The position numbers and the translations under genes were made by a program. A stretch of 63,034 nt of DNA, the filler included, from Octopus bimaculoides (lineage: Eukaryota), in the NCBI RefSeq assembly GCF_001194135.2. It is 3 parts of 3 records of this genome, joined end to end, with 100 filler letters (N's around TTAATTAATTAA, not from the genome) between each part and the next. Parts side by side here need not be neighbours in the genome. Positions count along the whole stretch, not along the records: positions 1 to 29,195 come from NC_068987.1; positions 29,296 to 44,897 come from NC_068984.1; 1 more part is not named here. The stretch is one strand, 5' to 3'. The stretch's first letter is position 1; the number at the start of each line of letters is the position of its first letter. This document shows, in pieces, positions 23,689-37,142 of this stretch. Under the pieces are notes generated by a model. That model had not been told where the DNA came from, made no database searches, and worked only from the letters and a program-made list of their open reading frames with translations.

Positions 23689-26410
23689 CATCATCATCAT
23701 CATTATCGTTTAACGTCTGTTTTCCATGCTGCCATGGGTTGGATGGTTCGACTGGGGTCAGGACGGTTTGACGGGAAAGCCAGGAGGCTGCACCAGACTC
23801 CAGTCTGATCTGGCAATGTTTCTACAGCTGGATGCCTGCTCCGAGAGTGTAGTGGGTGCTTTTTACGTGCTACCGGTACAGGGGCCAGTGGGGGCTGGTA
23901 TTGACCACAATTAGATGGTGCTTTTTACGTAAGACCAGCATGGGAGCTAGTCAAGGCGGTGCTGGTATTGGCCACATTTAGATGGTGCTTTTCGCATGCT
24001 ACCGACACGGAGACCACAATTACAATTTCCATTTGATTGTGATTTGATTTCATTTGATGTTGATGTACTTGTACTAGGTTTCCTCAAGCACAGCATGTTG
24101 CCCTATGATCCAAGGGTACTTTGAATTGGCTGGTTATGCAACACTGGTGTAGGTTACAGCTGTGATCTCGCTTTATTTGCCGGGTCTTCTCAGTCACAGC
24201 ATATCTCCAGAGGTCTCTATCTTTTGTCATTTCCTCTGTGAAGCTCAATGCTTGAAGGTCATGCTTCTCCACCTCATCCCATGTCTTCCTGGGTCTCCCT
24301 CTACCCCGGATTCCTTCCACTGTTTGGGAATGGCACTTCTTCACACAGCTCTCCTCGTCCAGCCACAGTACATGACCATACCAATGCAAACGTCTCTCTT
24401 GCATGCCACATCCAATGCTTCTTATGGCTAACATTTCTCTCAGGGTGCTTACACTCTGTCGTGTGTGTACACTGACATTACACATCCAGTGGATCATGCT
24501 AGCTTCATTTCTTTCAAGCCTTTCAAGTCTTCAGCAGTCGTTGCCCACGCTTCACTGCCTTGAAGCATGACAGTTCACACACATGCATCATACAATCTAC
24601 CTTTCACTCTGAGCAAGAGGCTCTTTGTCAACAGTAGCTGTCTGAACTTTGCCCAGGCAATTCATATTCTAGTGGTAACGCTCTCTGAGCATCCACTCTC
24701 ATTTTTGACTTGGTCCCCTAGGTAGCGGAAACTATCAACTACTTCTAGTTTCTCCCCCTGGCATGTGATTGAATCTATTTTCTGAGCAACTGTGGAATTT
24801 ATTTCCCCAGTGCATCTGCCGCACCCGAAAGCTATCTTCCTTTGATGTTGCTGCACCTCTTATGCATCCATAGCTTACACTGGGTACATCTTATGGAGTT
24901 TCTACCTACACCTTTTCTACAGATTGAGCAGGACCTCCTACCTGAAGGGGTATGTGATGTGTTTGCCTTCCTACTTACTAGAACTTTGGTCTTTGCTACA
25001 TTGACTCTAAGGCCCTTTGACTCTAAACCTTGCTTCCACACCTGGAATCTCTTTTCTAGTTCTGGTAGTGATTCTGTTATGAGGGCCAGGTCATCACCAT
25101 AGAGGAGCTCCCAGGTTCAACCTGTCTTGAATTCCTCTGTTATTGCTTGGAGGACTATGATGAATAAGAGGGGGCTGAGGGCTGATCCTTGGTGGACCCC
25201 TACTTCTACCTGGAATTCTTCACTATACTCATTGCCAACCCTAACCTTACTAACAGAATCTCTGTATAGGGCCTATACAGCCCTTATTAACCATTCGTCA
25301 ATCCCCAGTTTCCACATCACCTACCAGATAAGGGATTGGGGGACCCTGTCAAAGGCTTTCTCCAAGTCCACAAAAGCCAAGTATAGGGGTTTATCTTTGG
25401 CCAGGTAATTCTCCTGCAGTTGCCGTACCAGGAATATAGCATCAGTGGTGCTTCTACCTGGCACAAAACTGAACTGCATCTCATCTAAGCGGACTCTCTT
25501 CCTAATTAGTTGGGCTATGACCTTTTCCATGACCTTCATCACCTGATCCAGCAGTTTGATACCCCTGTAGTTATTTCTATCTAAAGCATCACCTTTACCC
25601 TTTTAGCAGTTGACTTTGGTGCTGCTACGCCAGTCATTGGGTATGATTCCATCATGAACTACCTGGTTTACTATATAGGTGACTAGGCCATAGATATTTT
25701 AAGCATCTCAGCAGTGATTCCTGATGGGCTGGGGGCTTTTCCTGGCTTCATATCTGTAATTGCTTTATCTACCAGAGTGCTATCTATTCGGATAACTGAT
25801 CCCTCTACTGGGTCAATATTTGACAGGCTCTTCTTCCCCCATTCATTCTCCATGTTCAGCAGTCTTTAATAATGGCTTCTCCAAGCCTCTTTCTTTTCCG
25901 AATCATTAAAAACAAGTGCACCATCATCCATGCGGACACATTTCTCTCCTGTGACATCACAATTTTTTCTCACACACTGTCTTGCTATCCAAAATACTTC
26001 AGTTCTTTGGTCCTCACGTCGTTGGACATTAGCAAACTTCTTCTTTTCAGCTTTGCCCTTGGCTATGTATATCTGTTGCCCAGCCTCCCTTCTGGCTATC
26101 TGGTACAGTTCCCTGCTACCCCCACACTTCCAGGCCTGTTTCTTTGTTCTAATGGCTTTGTCTACTGTATTATTCCACCACCATGTTACTCTAGGTCTGG
26201 AAGGGACTTTGCACCATCTGCAGACTTGGTCTGTGGCACTCAGTAAGCTGTCCCATAGGAATTTCCAACTACCTTTTATGTCTGAGGTCTGTAGCTCCTC
26301 CTCCCTCTCATCAAATTTCTTGATGAGGATGTCCCTAAATCCCTGACCATGTGAAGGGTTCTTTAGCTTCCAAATCCTTCTTTTCTGGATTAGTCTGCTT
26401 CTTGGCATTC
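23689..26410 (-). mobile_element. Long 5'-truncated RTE LINE copy (linker, RT with PHD insert, 3' UTR)
   Basis: TWWWNNTVDKAI, QFSFVPGRSTTDAIFLVRQLQE, FVDLEKAFDRVP, VVDSFRYLG and GRGRPRKTWDEV; (CAT)n tail complement at about 23689. Confidence 0.93.
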
Positions 26411-26459
26411 TGTGAACTAAAATTTGAGGATCATACGAAATCTTTCATACTAGTCTCCA

Positions 26460-27330
26460 CAGATAACTCTTAAGGACTATATGGGTGATTTTACCCTTCT
26501 ATCTAATTAATATACCCTTCAAAGTTGGTTATAAGTAAGATAATCAAAATAATATTGGACTAGGTTATACTAGATCTAAGCTAAAACTTAGTCTGTGGAC
26601 TACTATTATTGAAGTGATTGAGTGGTTTAGGAAAATACTAAAAAAGAACCATTGTAAATTTATCCAAGTAGATATACTCTAGCATTTCTCCAATATTGTT
26701 AAACAAGCCTCTTATATTTGCCTTGAAAATCTCTAAGGTATCTAGGAGGAAAGTCAACATAATTCTTACTAACTGATGGACTGTTATAGATTTTGATGGT
26801 AAATTATAGACTAGAAGGGAATGATCAATTGTTATGACATTACTGTGGGGTTTAATGACTCAGCTCACTTGACAGACCTGGCTGGGATACATATTTTGCA
26901 TACACTAAATATGGATTTTTGTAGGGAAGAAGCTCTTTTCTCTGTTCACAACAGTAGTAATGGGGAAATAGAACATTATAGAAAAAGAATTAGATTTTTT
27001 AAGAATAGAGGTTCATTCATCACTATTAACAATAATTTTAGAGCAGCTAATTTTTAAGATGTGACACTTGAATTAGATAATGGAAGTCTCATCCATATTA
27101 TAAGTCAAAAGAAAATTTAAATTATGTAAACAGACATTCAAGCATCCAAAAGTAGTGATTAACTCAATAATGGATAATGTTTCTAATAGGATATTGATTT
27201 TATCTGCTCATGAGGAGCTATTCTAGCAATATGAGGTGCTAAGAAGGGTAAGGCACAAAGAAAAATTTAGATATATCCTAATTTGGGATAGTACTAATGA
27301 TAATCCTAATATTAGCAAATCAAGGAATGG
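26460..27330 (+). mobile_element. Decayed Penelope-like RT
   Basis: IEWFRKI...KFIQVDI, CYDITVGFNDSAHLTDLAGIHIL and NF*DVTL; same type as 8430-9110. Confidence 0.7.
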
Positions 27331-27344
27331 ACACCATGATTATG

Positions 27345-28420
27345 ATATATCCATCCATCCATTTATCTTCTCTGCCCATTATTCCTGGGAAGGTTATGGG
27401 GTTACAGTAATGATCTCTTAAATAGGAAGAGTAGTCACTTGACCTGGCGAGGCACCCTGATTCCCAAGCTATGCACCCTGTTGAGTAACTTTACTTCAGA
27501 GATCCTTCAAAGGAATCCCATTTTGGCCACTTGTATTTGTAATCATACTCTTTCTTTCAGTACCCAACATTCATTACCATAGGTGAGGATAGGCACACAA
27601 TCCGAATCAAAAGAAGTGAGGTTTACTTTTCTTTCTACCCATTTTCCCTCTTCTGAGGACAGAATGTTAGAGCTGGCATACAACTGTAATAGCATCTGCA
27701 ATTCTAACATCCAATTCAGCCTCCTGCCTTCCATCAATTGTGAATGCATCCCTGACATACTTATCCACTTGCCTCAGTGATGTTCCACTAACATGCAGAG
27801 TGCATTGGAACGAGTCCCTTGAGAGGACCAATGTCTCTGTCTTCACAGGACTTATTTTCTTCCCTGCCTTACAGCACTTGGCAGTAAACCTGTTCAGTGC
27901 ATGCTGGAGATCACTTTCTGATGAATCAAGTAGCACCATATTGTCTGCAAATATCAGTTGATTAATTCCACCAACAGGTGTGCATGTTATTGCAGTTCAT
28001 AATAATTATAAAAAGGAATGATAACAATATGCATTCCTGCTGAGGTTCAACATCCACATTAAAAGTTTTCTACTTTGCACCATTTATTTGGTCACAAACA
28101 TCCGACCACTTGTTTAGAGACTGCGTAGCAATCAGAAGTCGTCCATTGATCCCAAACTCTTGCAAAATGCTCCACAGCATGTCCCATGGTTATATGCTTT
28201 TTCAAGGTTTACAATGCAAACATACACCTTTTGGCACAATTTCTTGGAGACCTGTTGTAGAAGTGAAAATCTGATCGGCTATATTACATACAGAATGAAC
28301 AGCCCGTTATGAACAGAAGCTTTGAAAACATCCTCCTAGAGGTAATACAGTGGAGAAAATGCAACATACCCAGGATGAGACACTGTACCCTAAACAGTAG
28401 GTCAGTGCATGTTAAAGTGT
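27345..28420 (-). mobile_element. Decayed RTE LINE of a different (Rex3/Expander-like) type
   Basis: ADNMVLLDSSESDLQHAL, KISPVKTETLVL, LEKAY and PILTYGNECWVL. Confidence 0.75.
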
Positions 28421-29161
28421 GCAGTATGGTCTTCAACTAAGTAGAGATGTGGTATATATGGAATATTGGATCTAGAGATCAAATCAAGTCATTGGATTGA
28501 CTACATTGATTATTTCAGTCAACTCCTCCATCACAGCTGATGAAAATACATGCACTCACATAGACAAATATGCAATCACACAGATATGTAACAATTTATA
28601 CATTCAAACATGCACTCACACACAAACAAACATACATAAATATGAACTCACACGTGTACTTAATGTATACAGACACAATCACTCACAAACTTAAACAAGC
28701 ACACACATAAGTACCATTTTTTACTTGAATTTCAACAAAAACAAAACAAGTTTTTATTCTTTTTAAACTTTATTTTTTAAAAGCCAAAACAATTTATGAT
28801 GTGTTTATTAATAATATAGAATTCAAAAAATAATAAATTGATATTTGATAAAAATAGAATGAATTATTGTTTATAGTTTTGATTTGAATGTCAACATTAA
28901 AATTTGTTTCAAATCTCCCCACCCTCTTTGTAAAGCAGGACAGTGGAGACATACAAGAAAACTGAACAAAAGCAAACATGGAGGGTTGTTAGACCAGAAT
29001 GAGGGTAAAAGAGGAGTAGATAGACAGCCGACAACTGACGAAGGGTCGTTCTCCGTGTTACTTGTCCTGTTTTCCATTTGTCTCTCTCATTGCTTGCATT
29101 TAAACACATTTGTTTTCATATATCATGTTTACTGTTAGTGATGTCCTGTACCCATATATGC

Positions 29162-29195
<34 letters not shown>

Positions 29196-29295
29196 NNNNN
29201 NNNNNNNNNNNNNNNNNNNNNNNNNNNNNNNNNNNNNNNTTAATTAATTAANNNNNNNNNNNNNNNNNNNNNNNNNNNNNNNNNNNNNNNNNNNN
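29196..29295. other. Artificial scaffold join: N44-TTAATTAATTAA-N44
   Basis: Exactly 100 bp; the 12-mer has stops in all six frames; identical structure at 44898-44997. Confidence 0.93.
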
Positions 29296-29899
29296 GGTGG
29301 TGGTGGTGGTGGTGGTGGTGGTGTTGGTGGTGATGGCACTGGTATTGTTGTTGGCAATGGTGATCGCAGTGGTGTTCATTGCGTTTGGTTATTCTTCATT
29401 GTCTTCTATCTCTCTTCATTATTCAGATATACATTAAATAAAGTTTTATTCGCAAAATATTCATGAACACCAGTCAGGGAATAAGATTGTAGACTACGTA
29501 AAATACCAGACGTAATCCATTCTCCCTTGATTCAAATCGTACGCTTATTTCTCTCATCAGTAACATAGTTTTCAATCCGTTTCCATTTAGTCGTTGACGA
29601 TCCACAGCTGGTTGAAGTTTCAATATACAGTTGCCACCTTATCTATGTTGTTTGTTGGCCTACCTATTCACACTGGCCAGTTGGTGATCATGTATTTCAT
29701 GCTAAATCAGTAATCAATCTGAATGAAAGTGTAACACAAGGAAATATAGTAGTGTAGATGGTTGAGGGAAGAACTCCTTCGATAATAGAAGATCCAACGA
29801 ATAAAAAATGGAGTCGAAAATGATTGACCAATCACCTCCAAGAAAATTTCTTGTATGCCAATACCCTCGAAAGCTATACAGAGTTGAAGTAAACACGGG

Positions 29900-30520
29900 A
29901 AAGATTTGCAATAGTGACTGAGAAGTACAAGACTAAAGCCAAAACTGAAAGAAACTTAATTGTAACACAGTGTCAAAGCTTCATCACCAGATACTATCAA
30001 AAGCATATAATGAAGTAGAATATATCAAGTGCAGAATATGTGAAGGGGAAGAAACAATATCGTCTCTCATATGCCAGTCTTAACTAAGGAAGAATACACG
30101 TGTAGACATATATATTGCAAGTTATGCTGGCTCAATGAAATACAAACAGAAATGAGGTAGTATAAGCATACACCGGAAAAGATCTTTGAGAATGCCAAAG
30201 CAACTATAATCTGGGATATGCCAATGCACATATACAGAAGCCAAATACAAGAAAGCAGATGATATTGCCAAGGACCATCAGAAAAAGAAATAACTCATTA
30301 AAGAATCTATTAAAACAGATGAGATATCTCAAAGAAGGGGGAAACTTTTCCAAATATAAAGATCTGAAAATAGAGATTGAATGTGGGGGTTGAAATAATA
30401 AGTATTTTGGGAATAGTACAACAAAAAATGCAAAGAAACACACAGCTAAATTTTTCGGACTTCATGGCGTGCATAAAATAGCATAATGTACAGAAAAGAG
30501 TTTTACTAGGCACCATTTAT
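29900..30520 (+). mobile_element. Decayed R4/Dong-type RLE LINE 3' fragment
   Basis: CRICEGEETI, KHTPEKIFENAKATIIWDMP, SKYKDLKIEIE and VQKRVLLGT. Confidence 0.72.
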
Positions 30521-31127
30521 TACGTTGAACATTTTCGATCCTGATAAAAACAAAACGTTGCACATTCTGAAGGTGTACAAAGCTGCGCTCATAGAGCAGA
30601 TAAAGAACCTATAATGTATGAGCAACTCCACAACAGCAGCAGCAGCAACAACAACAACAACAACAACAACAAAACGACAACATCATCAACAACAACAACA
30701 CTAATTCTGAAATTTAATGTTTCTAGAATCAAAGCTTCTGATCAAAGCTTTCCAATATTCTTTCGGCGCAGTGTGACATTCTAAGTGATTCGATCAATAA
30801 ATCGAAGGAAAATAATCGATAAATCATTTCAAAAATTTTCGGTCTTCTATTTTATTGTGCCAATTATTGGCAAATATATTCACACATTCACACCCACATC
30901 TACATTTTGAGTCAAAGAGGAAGGCAATCTGTGTTGTTCGTACGACAATGCAAGAAATGCCAGCTAAATCTCTCTCAAATCGTACTCTATTTGTTGTAGA
31001 AAGTATATGTATGATATAGTGCTAGACAAACAAAATACGAGCTGGTCAAGGCTGGAACACCTTTGATCATGTGCTTGTTCGATCATGGCTGATTTGTGTA
31101 AATAACAGCAACAACAACAATAACAAG

Positions 31128-31213
<86 letters not shown>

Positions 31214-31284
31214 TTGAAATTTACATAAAAACAAGTGACGAAAAGAAAATCTATTAGTTTCACGCTCGGGAAAATTGAAAATGT

Positions 31285-31320
31285 CTTTACGTTTCGAGCC
31301 TACGCTCTTCAACAGAAAGG
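31285..31320 (-). ncRNA. Minimal hammerhead-like motif (variant core), Penelope-type
   Basis: Minus strand CTGTTGA-A-GAGC-gtag-GCTC-GAAAC-GTA. Stem II is perfect, A6 is changed to U and stem I is weak. Confidence 0.45.
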
Positions 31321-31440
31321 AATATGAGAAAATAAACAGAGAGAGAATGAAAAAAAACTTGTAGATTTCAGTTGTCCAGCATGGTAAAACATATATATAA
31401 ATATATATATATAAATATATATATATATAAATATATGTAA

Positions 31441-31479
<39 letters not shown>

Positions 31480-32699
31480 CTAACCAAATTACAGCTATTC
31501 ATCAGGAGACCCGTTTAGAACCGGCTAATTGGCTGAATCTTTAGAACATCAGGTTGATTGCTTTGCAGCACTCGCTCTAGTTTTCTGCGCTTTGCGTTCG
31601 AATACCACTATGATCAATATTGTTTTTCATGGTCGATAAATAAAGTAAATCCTGTTCTAAAGGCGATTCTTCCTGTTCTCACTTTCTTTCTTTCTGTCGA
31701 ACCCTCCTCCTCATTTTTTAAAAGAAATCTGTCGTAGAAATGGAGAGGGATAGACTTTACCACATTTAAAGAAATGACAGTCAAACACGTTGTGTTACGA
31801 CCGGACCCTAGACTCCATTACGGAGTTAAGGATCCAATGCACGACAACAACCATTATACTTGCAGATATACATATTATTTTAGACAATCCTGGTTTATGA
31901 AACCTATATTCAGATGTATTTTAGCCATGACTTCTCTGTTCTTTTGCATATCATGAACTACATTAACTAATATGCCTCTCCATTTTTAAGATGGTCGGGA
32001 GTCGATGTAATCGGCTTACCCCTTCCCTAAAATTGCTGGCCTTGTGCAAAATTTGAAACCAATATTATAAGCACGTCAAAGGCCAAAATTTGAAGCCAAT
32101 ATCATAAACACGTTATGAATAAACGCTTGTTTCCGTTGCTGTTACTGCTGCTGCTGCTGCTGTTGTTACTGCTGCTGTTGCATTTTTGTGTTCTTTTATT
32201 GTTTTTTTTTAGTTCTTGATGAATTCCTTCTGAGATCAAACAGTTCCGACAAGATCAGTTATTTTAATTATTTTCAGAAGTACCTTGGACTACTTTACCC
32301 AATGTCCTCTTTTTGAAACCGGTAGTGTGAGTTTCGAAAGAGATCTGACAACTATTCTGAGGAGATTGAGTGACCATATCGCGCAACAATTTTGAACTAG
32401 TTTCTGATTCTAGACCCTACAACAAATTGCCCGATCTGTCGCCATAGCCCCTTGACGAGACTGTCGAAATTATCATCAGCTTGGTAAATATTTACATAAG
32501 GATAGCCAGGAACACAACCAGAAAGTAAAACAAAAATTTTTTATTTGTTGGAAAATGACAAATGATATAAACATAATTTTGATTCACTTTTTTCAGATTA
32601 TAAGCCACTACATTCTTACAGTTAAGTTGTCTTACAAAATAAAGAAGAAAAAATTAACTTAAATAAACAATATTCTTATTATCTTGATTCTGTATATAA

Positions 32700-34150
32700 T
32701 ATTTACTATTAATCTAGTGAAATTGTCGCTGCTGTGTTAGTGCAATGAGAACATGGAATTGTGGTACTGTTACAGTATCTCACTTGTCATGTGATACATA
32801 AAATCGATCTATCCACTTTGAATTTAGGTCTCAGTAATGCAGAGAATCCTGCTACACAAACGTATGTAATTGTGAAGGACCGAAATCATCCTTTGCCCTC
32901 ATCACCAAACTAAGAGAAATCGCAGTCTGATCACATTAAAATTAAAACTACTTACATCCAACCCCATCTTTTCGAAATCAACTTTCTTGAGTCATTTTGA
33001 AAGTCAATGAAATTCCCATATCCTGGAACATTGTCATCGTCATAGATATATCAAATGAGAATAAGGTATGAGCTCAAAGAATTCTGAGTTAAGACTATAA
33101 ATACCTGAGAAGTAACCATTAAAACTGGTAATTAGAACTTCCAAAGGGCCCTTGAATTGGGGATGAATTTCCGTAAGCAATGTTTTACTATCTTCACTGA
33201 GGATATCATCAATGCTTCGGAAGTTCACTAGATACATGCTTTCAACATAGCGACTATAAATTTATAATTTCTTCTAAATGCTTCAAGCTTTCCTAAGCTT
33301 GAATAATGTTCATATACGTTTTTTAACTATGTTTGAACTATTGAGTGAAAGGCCAAAAATATTGGTAAGATACACAAGACTAACAATAATATGCTTATCT
33401 TCAGAATTTTCCTCAAGAGGGAGGAGATTGTCAATACTTGCTGAGGAATTTGAGATTTGAAATCCAAATTCTCATTTCACACAGTCTCAGCCACAACTTA
33501 GCTCGGTATGGTACAATATCCCTACATTTCACCTTAATCTCAACAGAGAATTTTTGAAATAGTCGATAGTTCAATGCACGCCCACGAATAAAGTTGGCTG
33601 CACAACTATTTCTACAACTTCTTTAAATTTCCATGGCAGTATTTTGTATATCAGAACTAGATGATATAAAACAGTATGTAGTGAACTCATGCAGAACTTT
33701 CACCTTAACCAGAGCGACGAACTTAAATTTCATGCCAAACATTGCAAGAATTCCAACTCGATAAATAGACACAATAATACCCGATTTACAAACACGGGTT
33801 GATGAAAGAGCAATTCGATCGGCTTGAACACTTCATCCATTTTGATTGTTGTATGGAGGTTATTATTCAATAAAAACTCTTTCTTGGTGTTGCACAAATA
33901 CAAGAAATTGGCTGTTGTTTGAAATGTCGCTTGTGTTATCAAGTTGTATACTGGTTTTTGAAGGACTTAGAAACATGGATTGCTATGTCCTGACTCATAA
34001 TTTTAATGATCTGGCTTACAGAGTCAGTGGACAAGCACATGTAACTAAATTACTTCATCACATTCTATTTCAGTATAATTTTAGAAACCTCCAATTCACG
34101 GGGCTTCGTTAAGTTTTCCCTGTGTGATGCGTCTTTTGTACTAATAAACG
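32700..34150 (-). mobile_element. Ancient hAT (Charlie/Buster-like) transposase relic
   Basis: Minus-strand fragments MSQDIAIHV, IQLDNTSDISNNSQFLVFV, WLR*KVL, LVYLTNIF, SFNGYF and TYVCVAGFSAL..STTIP, in the canonical hAT order. Confidence 0.75.
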
Positions 34151-35114
34151 AAACTCAGTTAAGGTTTACCACAATAACGTTTCCAGGAGGAGAAACCCAT
34201 ATGATGAAAGAGTTCCTTTCTAATGATAACAAATTCTTTTCAAATTTAAAGCATCAATTTTTTTTTTTGCTTGCTTTTCTAATTTTTGTCTCAGTGCTGA
34301 CATCTTCAGATTTCCATTTCTCATTGTAAAATTTCAAATCATACATTAGAAGGTCATTCACTTCCATCTTGTTCTGTCACGCAGGTGCAAGTAAAGCTAA
34401 CATTTTAATTAATGCACTTCTGTTTGTGTATTTATTTATTTATTTATTTATTTATTATCAGAGGGAGGATGACATTTCGCAAAAAAAAAAAGTCACTGTA
34501 AGAATAAAACGAAAAATTAAATGTCAAATATAAAATGTTAATATCCAATGAAAAATAATTGTTTAAGGGAACGGTATTATTTAAATCGATTTTATTCAAT
34601 GATGATTCAATGAAGAAATATGAACGGGTAACCTTCTATCCATGCCCTTTCTGGTAGTGAAGATATGCAAACAGACTGAAAATCTTCAAAGCGAAGAGTG
34701 ATCTAACTCTTACTGCACCAACATATAACCCTATCAAGGAAACACTGTTACCTTCGCATACTATGATGATTGTATGAGTTCCTCAATATTATCGTTTATT
34801 TAGTAGAATTATAGAAATACGATAGAAAAGTTGAATGCCATATCTTCAACCTTTGGTTCTTATAGCCTCAAGAATTATGGATATTTCCGATTAATAATCC
34901 CTAATTTAGAAACTTCCTCAATGTCATCTGCCTACAGAAATTGCTTATACAGGCAAAAGGTCATTTCGCTAGAAAGAAATATATTCAATCGGTTCGAATA
35001 GATTATATTAGAAGTGAAGTACGTGCTGCTATTTAACTCTAGAGCAATCTTAGCCGAGCAAAACTATGTCGTGACTCTTCAATTCTTTTTAGGGGTATCT
35101 AAGATTATAGTATA

Positions 35115-35236
35115 CGAGGGGTGTATGAAAAGTTTTGAGCTTTCAAGGCCTTTGAGTCTTGAAGTTTTGTACCATGTTTTTTTTGTTTTGTTTTGTTTTG
35201 TTTTTTTGAAGCTCAAGATTTTTCATACATCCCTCG
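35115..35236. mobile_element. 122-bp mariner-type MITE
   Basis: 17-bp TIRs CGAGGGGTGTATGAAAA / TTTTCATACATCCCTCG (1 mismatch) flanked by TA on both sides. Confidence 0.85.
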
Positions 35237-36977
35237 TATAATATGCTTTTCCATTTTATTGAGAGATAAAGTGTGGGATATCTGGTTGCTATTTCTAGCA
35301 AGTTATGCGAGGTTCCCTCGCTGGCTCAAAGATGAAGTAAACGTCGTATGAAGTGCATACTGGAACGTAGAATACATCCTCACGTCAGCCGTCTAATTGA
35401 CTAGATAAGTATATATATACTATATTTTGTACGTTTGAATATTTTTAAAGTTTTTATCGTTAACTGTCTTAAAAGACAGCGATCTATCGTATGCCTCGTT
35501 AAAGTTCTCTCGATATTTCGAAGTGGGAAATGCCAGCCAACTAGGTGCGGTTACGTTACAATGAAAGATAATAAATTGAAGGTTTTATGTAGAAAAATAT
35601 TTGGGGGAAACCGAGGCAGTTTTTCTGAATGACTGACAGCATGTAATGTTTGATGTAGGATGTACGGACATAGATAAAGTGAAGCTGTTATGAAGTAAGG
35701 TGTGTAGCTCCACGGATAATTTCGTCTGAGCGCAGGGAACATCCGGCAAGTAGGTAAGTAAAATAAGTGTAGATATGGTTGAAAGACATACCAATCTCAG
35801 GTAGATATATTTTCTTTGCCACTCCCAGCTAATATAGCTAAATGTCTTAAATACCAAAAGTTGTTCGTGTACATGTATACAGTGTGTGTATTTAAGCGTT
35901 ACGTTCAAGTGATAAGTCTGGCACATCGAATGTTTAAAACAATTTAAACATTTGTGACGTAGTTTGGTGATGTAGTTTTAAGATGAGCCGACTTCAAAGA
36001 TGGTGGACGATTCCGACTAGAAGGCACATGTAACAATGGGGAAATTCGCTGATGAGGACTCTCAGCATCACAGTCAGGATATGAGGTGGTTCAAAGCACA
36101 GTTGATTAATTAAAATAATACTTCCTAGATGCAAGAAGCAGGAGACGCATTCATTTTAAACTTGTTTGTTAACATAATTCCGAATTATCGACAGTTGTAA
36201 CAAAGTACCCCAGTAAGTGTCACATCGTACCCAGCACTCGGGGAAAATTGTTACAGCTGACACATCATTAATTCGAATCTGTCTAATTAATGCTATGTAA
36301 TTTCTGTTTTTTGCTGGTGATAATAATAAATAGAGATGTTTTACTAATTAAATCTGAAACGAAGCTTCAGCAGTGTTCATTTATGTGGGTGCCAAGGTAA
36401 AAAAAAATTTAAAAGCTGTAACAACCAGACCCGGTTTCCCCTATCTATTAATTGCATCTGTGTTGACACTAATATGGTGTGATGAACTATGTGTGATGAG
36501 AGGAGGGGAAAATGTCTTTATTTAGTTCGAACAGACAAAAATTAGAAAGGTTTTCAAAGCTTCATTTCCTCGAAACATTGAAAATTACAAGCAACCCTGC
36601 ACTACGAAGTGTTGCACGCGCGAGAACTTGCCTTAATGTAGGGTTTCGTAACGCAAAATCTAATTTACAATCGATTTCCATGTAGACGACAATGGCAAAA
36701 CACATTTCCGGTTATGGGACTCCACGTTACATTTAGGTTTTTTCATGAACGCATGAACGAAATGCTTCCGTGATGTAGAAAATCAGTTAATAAAGCGCAT
36801 CACATATTAAAACTCTTAATTAATTAGTAAAAAAAAAAAAGACATTATGAAATGGGTTTAGCAAGAAAATCAAAGAGCCACAAAATAGTTTATTATATTT
36901 ATAGATAAGAGCACTGCAAGTGCAACTGGGTTCGTTTGGAGCTATCTCTATAGAAATACGAGTCTCCTTAAAACTTT

Positions 36978-36987
36978 TTGTTGTTGC

Positions 36988-37045
<58 letters not shown>

Positions 37046-37142
37046 GCTGCTGCTGTTGCTGCTATTGCTGCTGCTTTTGTTGTTGCTGCTGTTGTTGTTG
37101 TTGCAGTTGCGGCTGATTCTGCTCTTGCTTTTCTTGTTGCGT
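36978..37142. repeat. (GTT)n/(GCT)n compound trinucleotide repeat
   Basis: Direct reading. Confidence 0.95.

Noticed and set aside
34850-35010. Possible minus-strand *ADD RT motif (ctgtaggcagatgacat)
   Set aside because: A single short motif with no convincing neighbouring RT motifs.
36049-36085. CTGATGA followed by a GACT/AGTC stem
   Set aside because: No GAAA in the required position.
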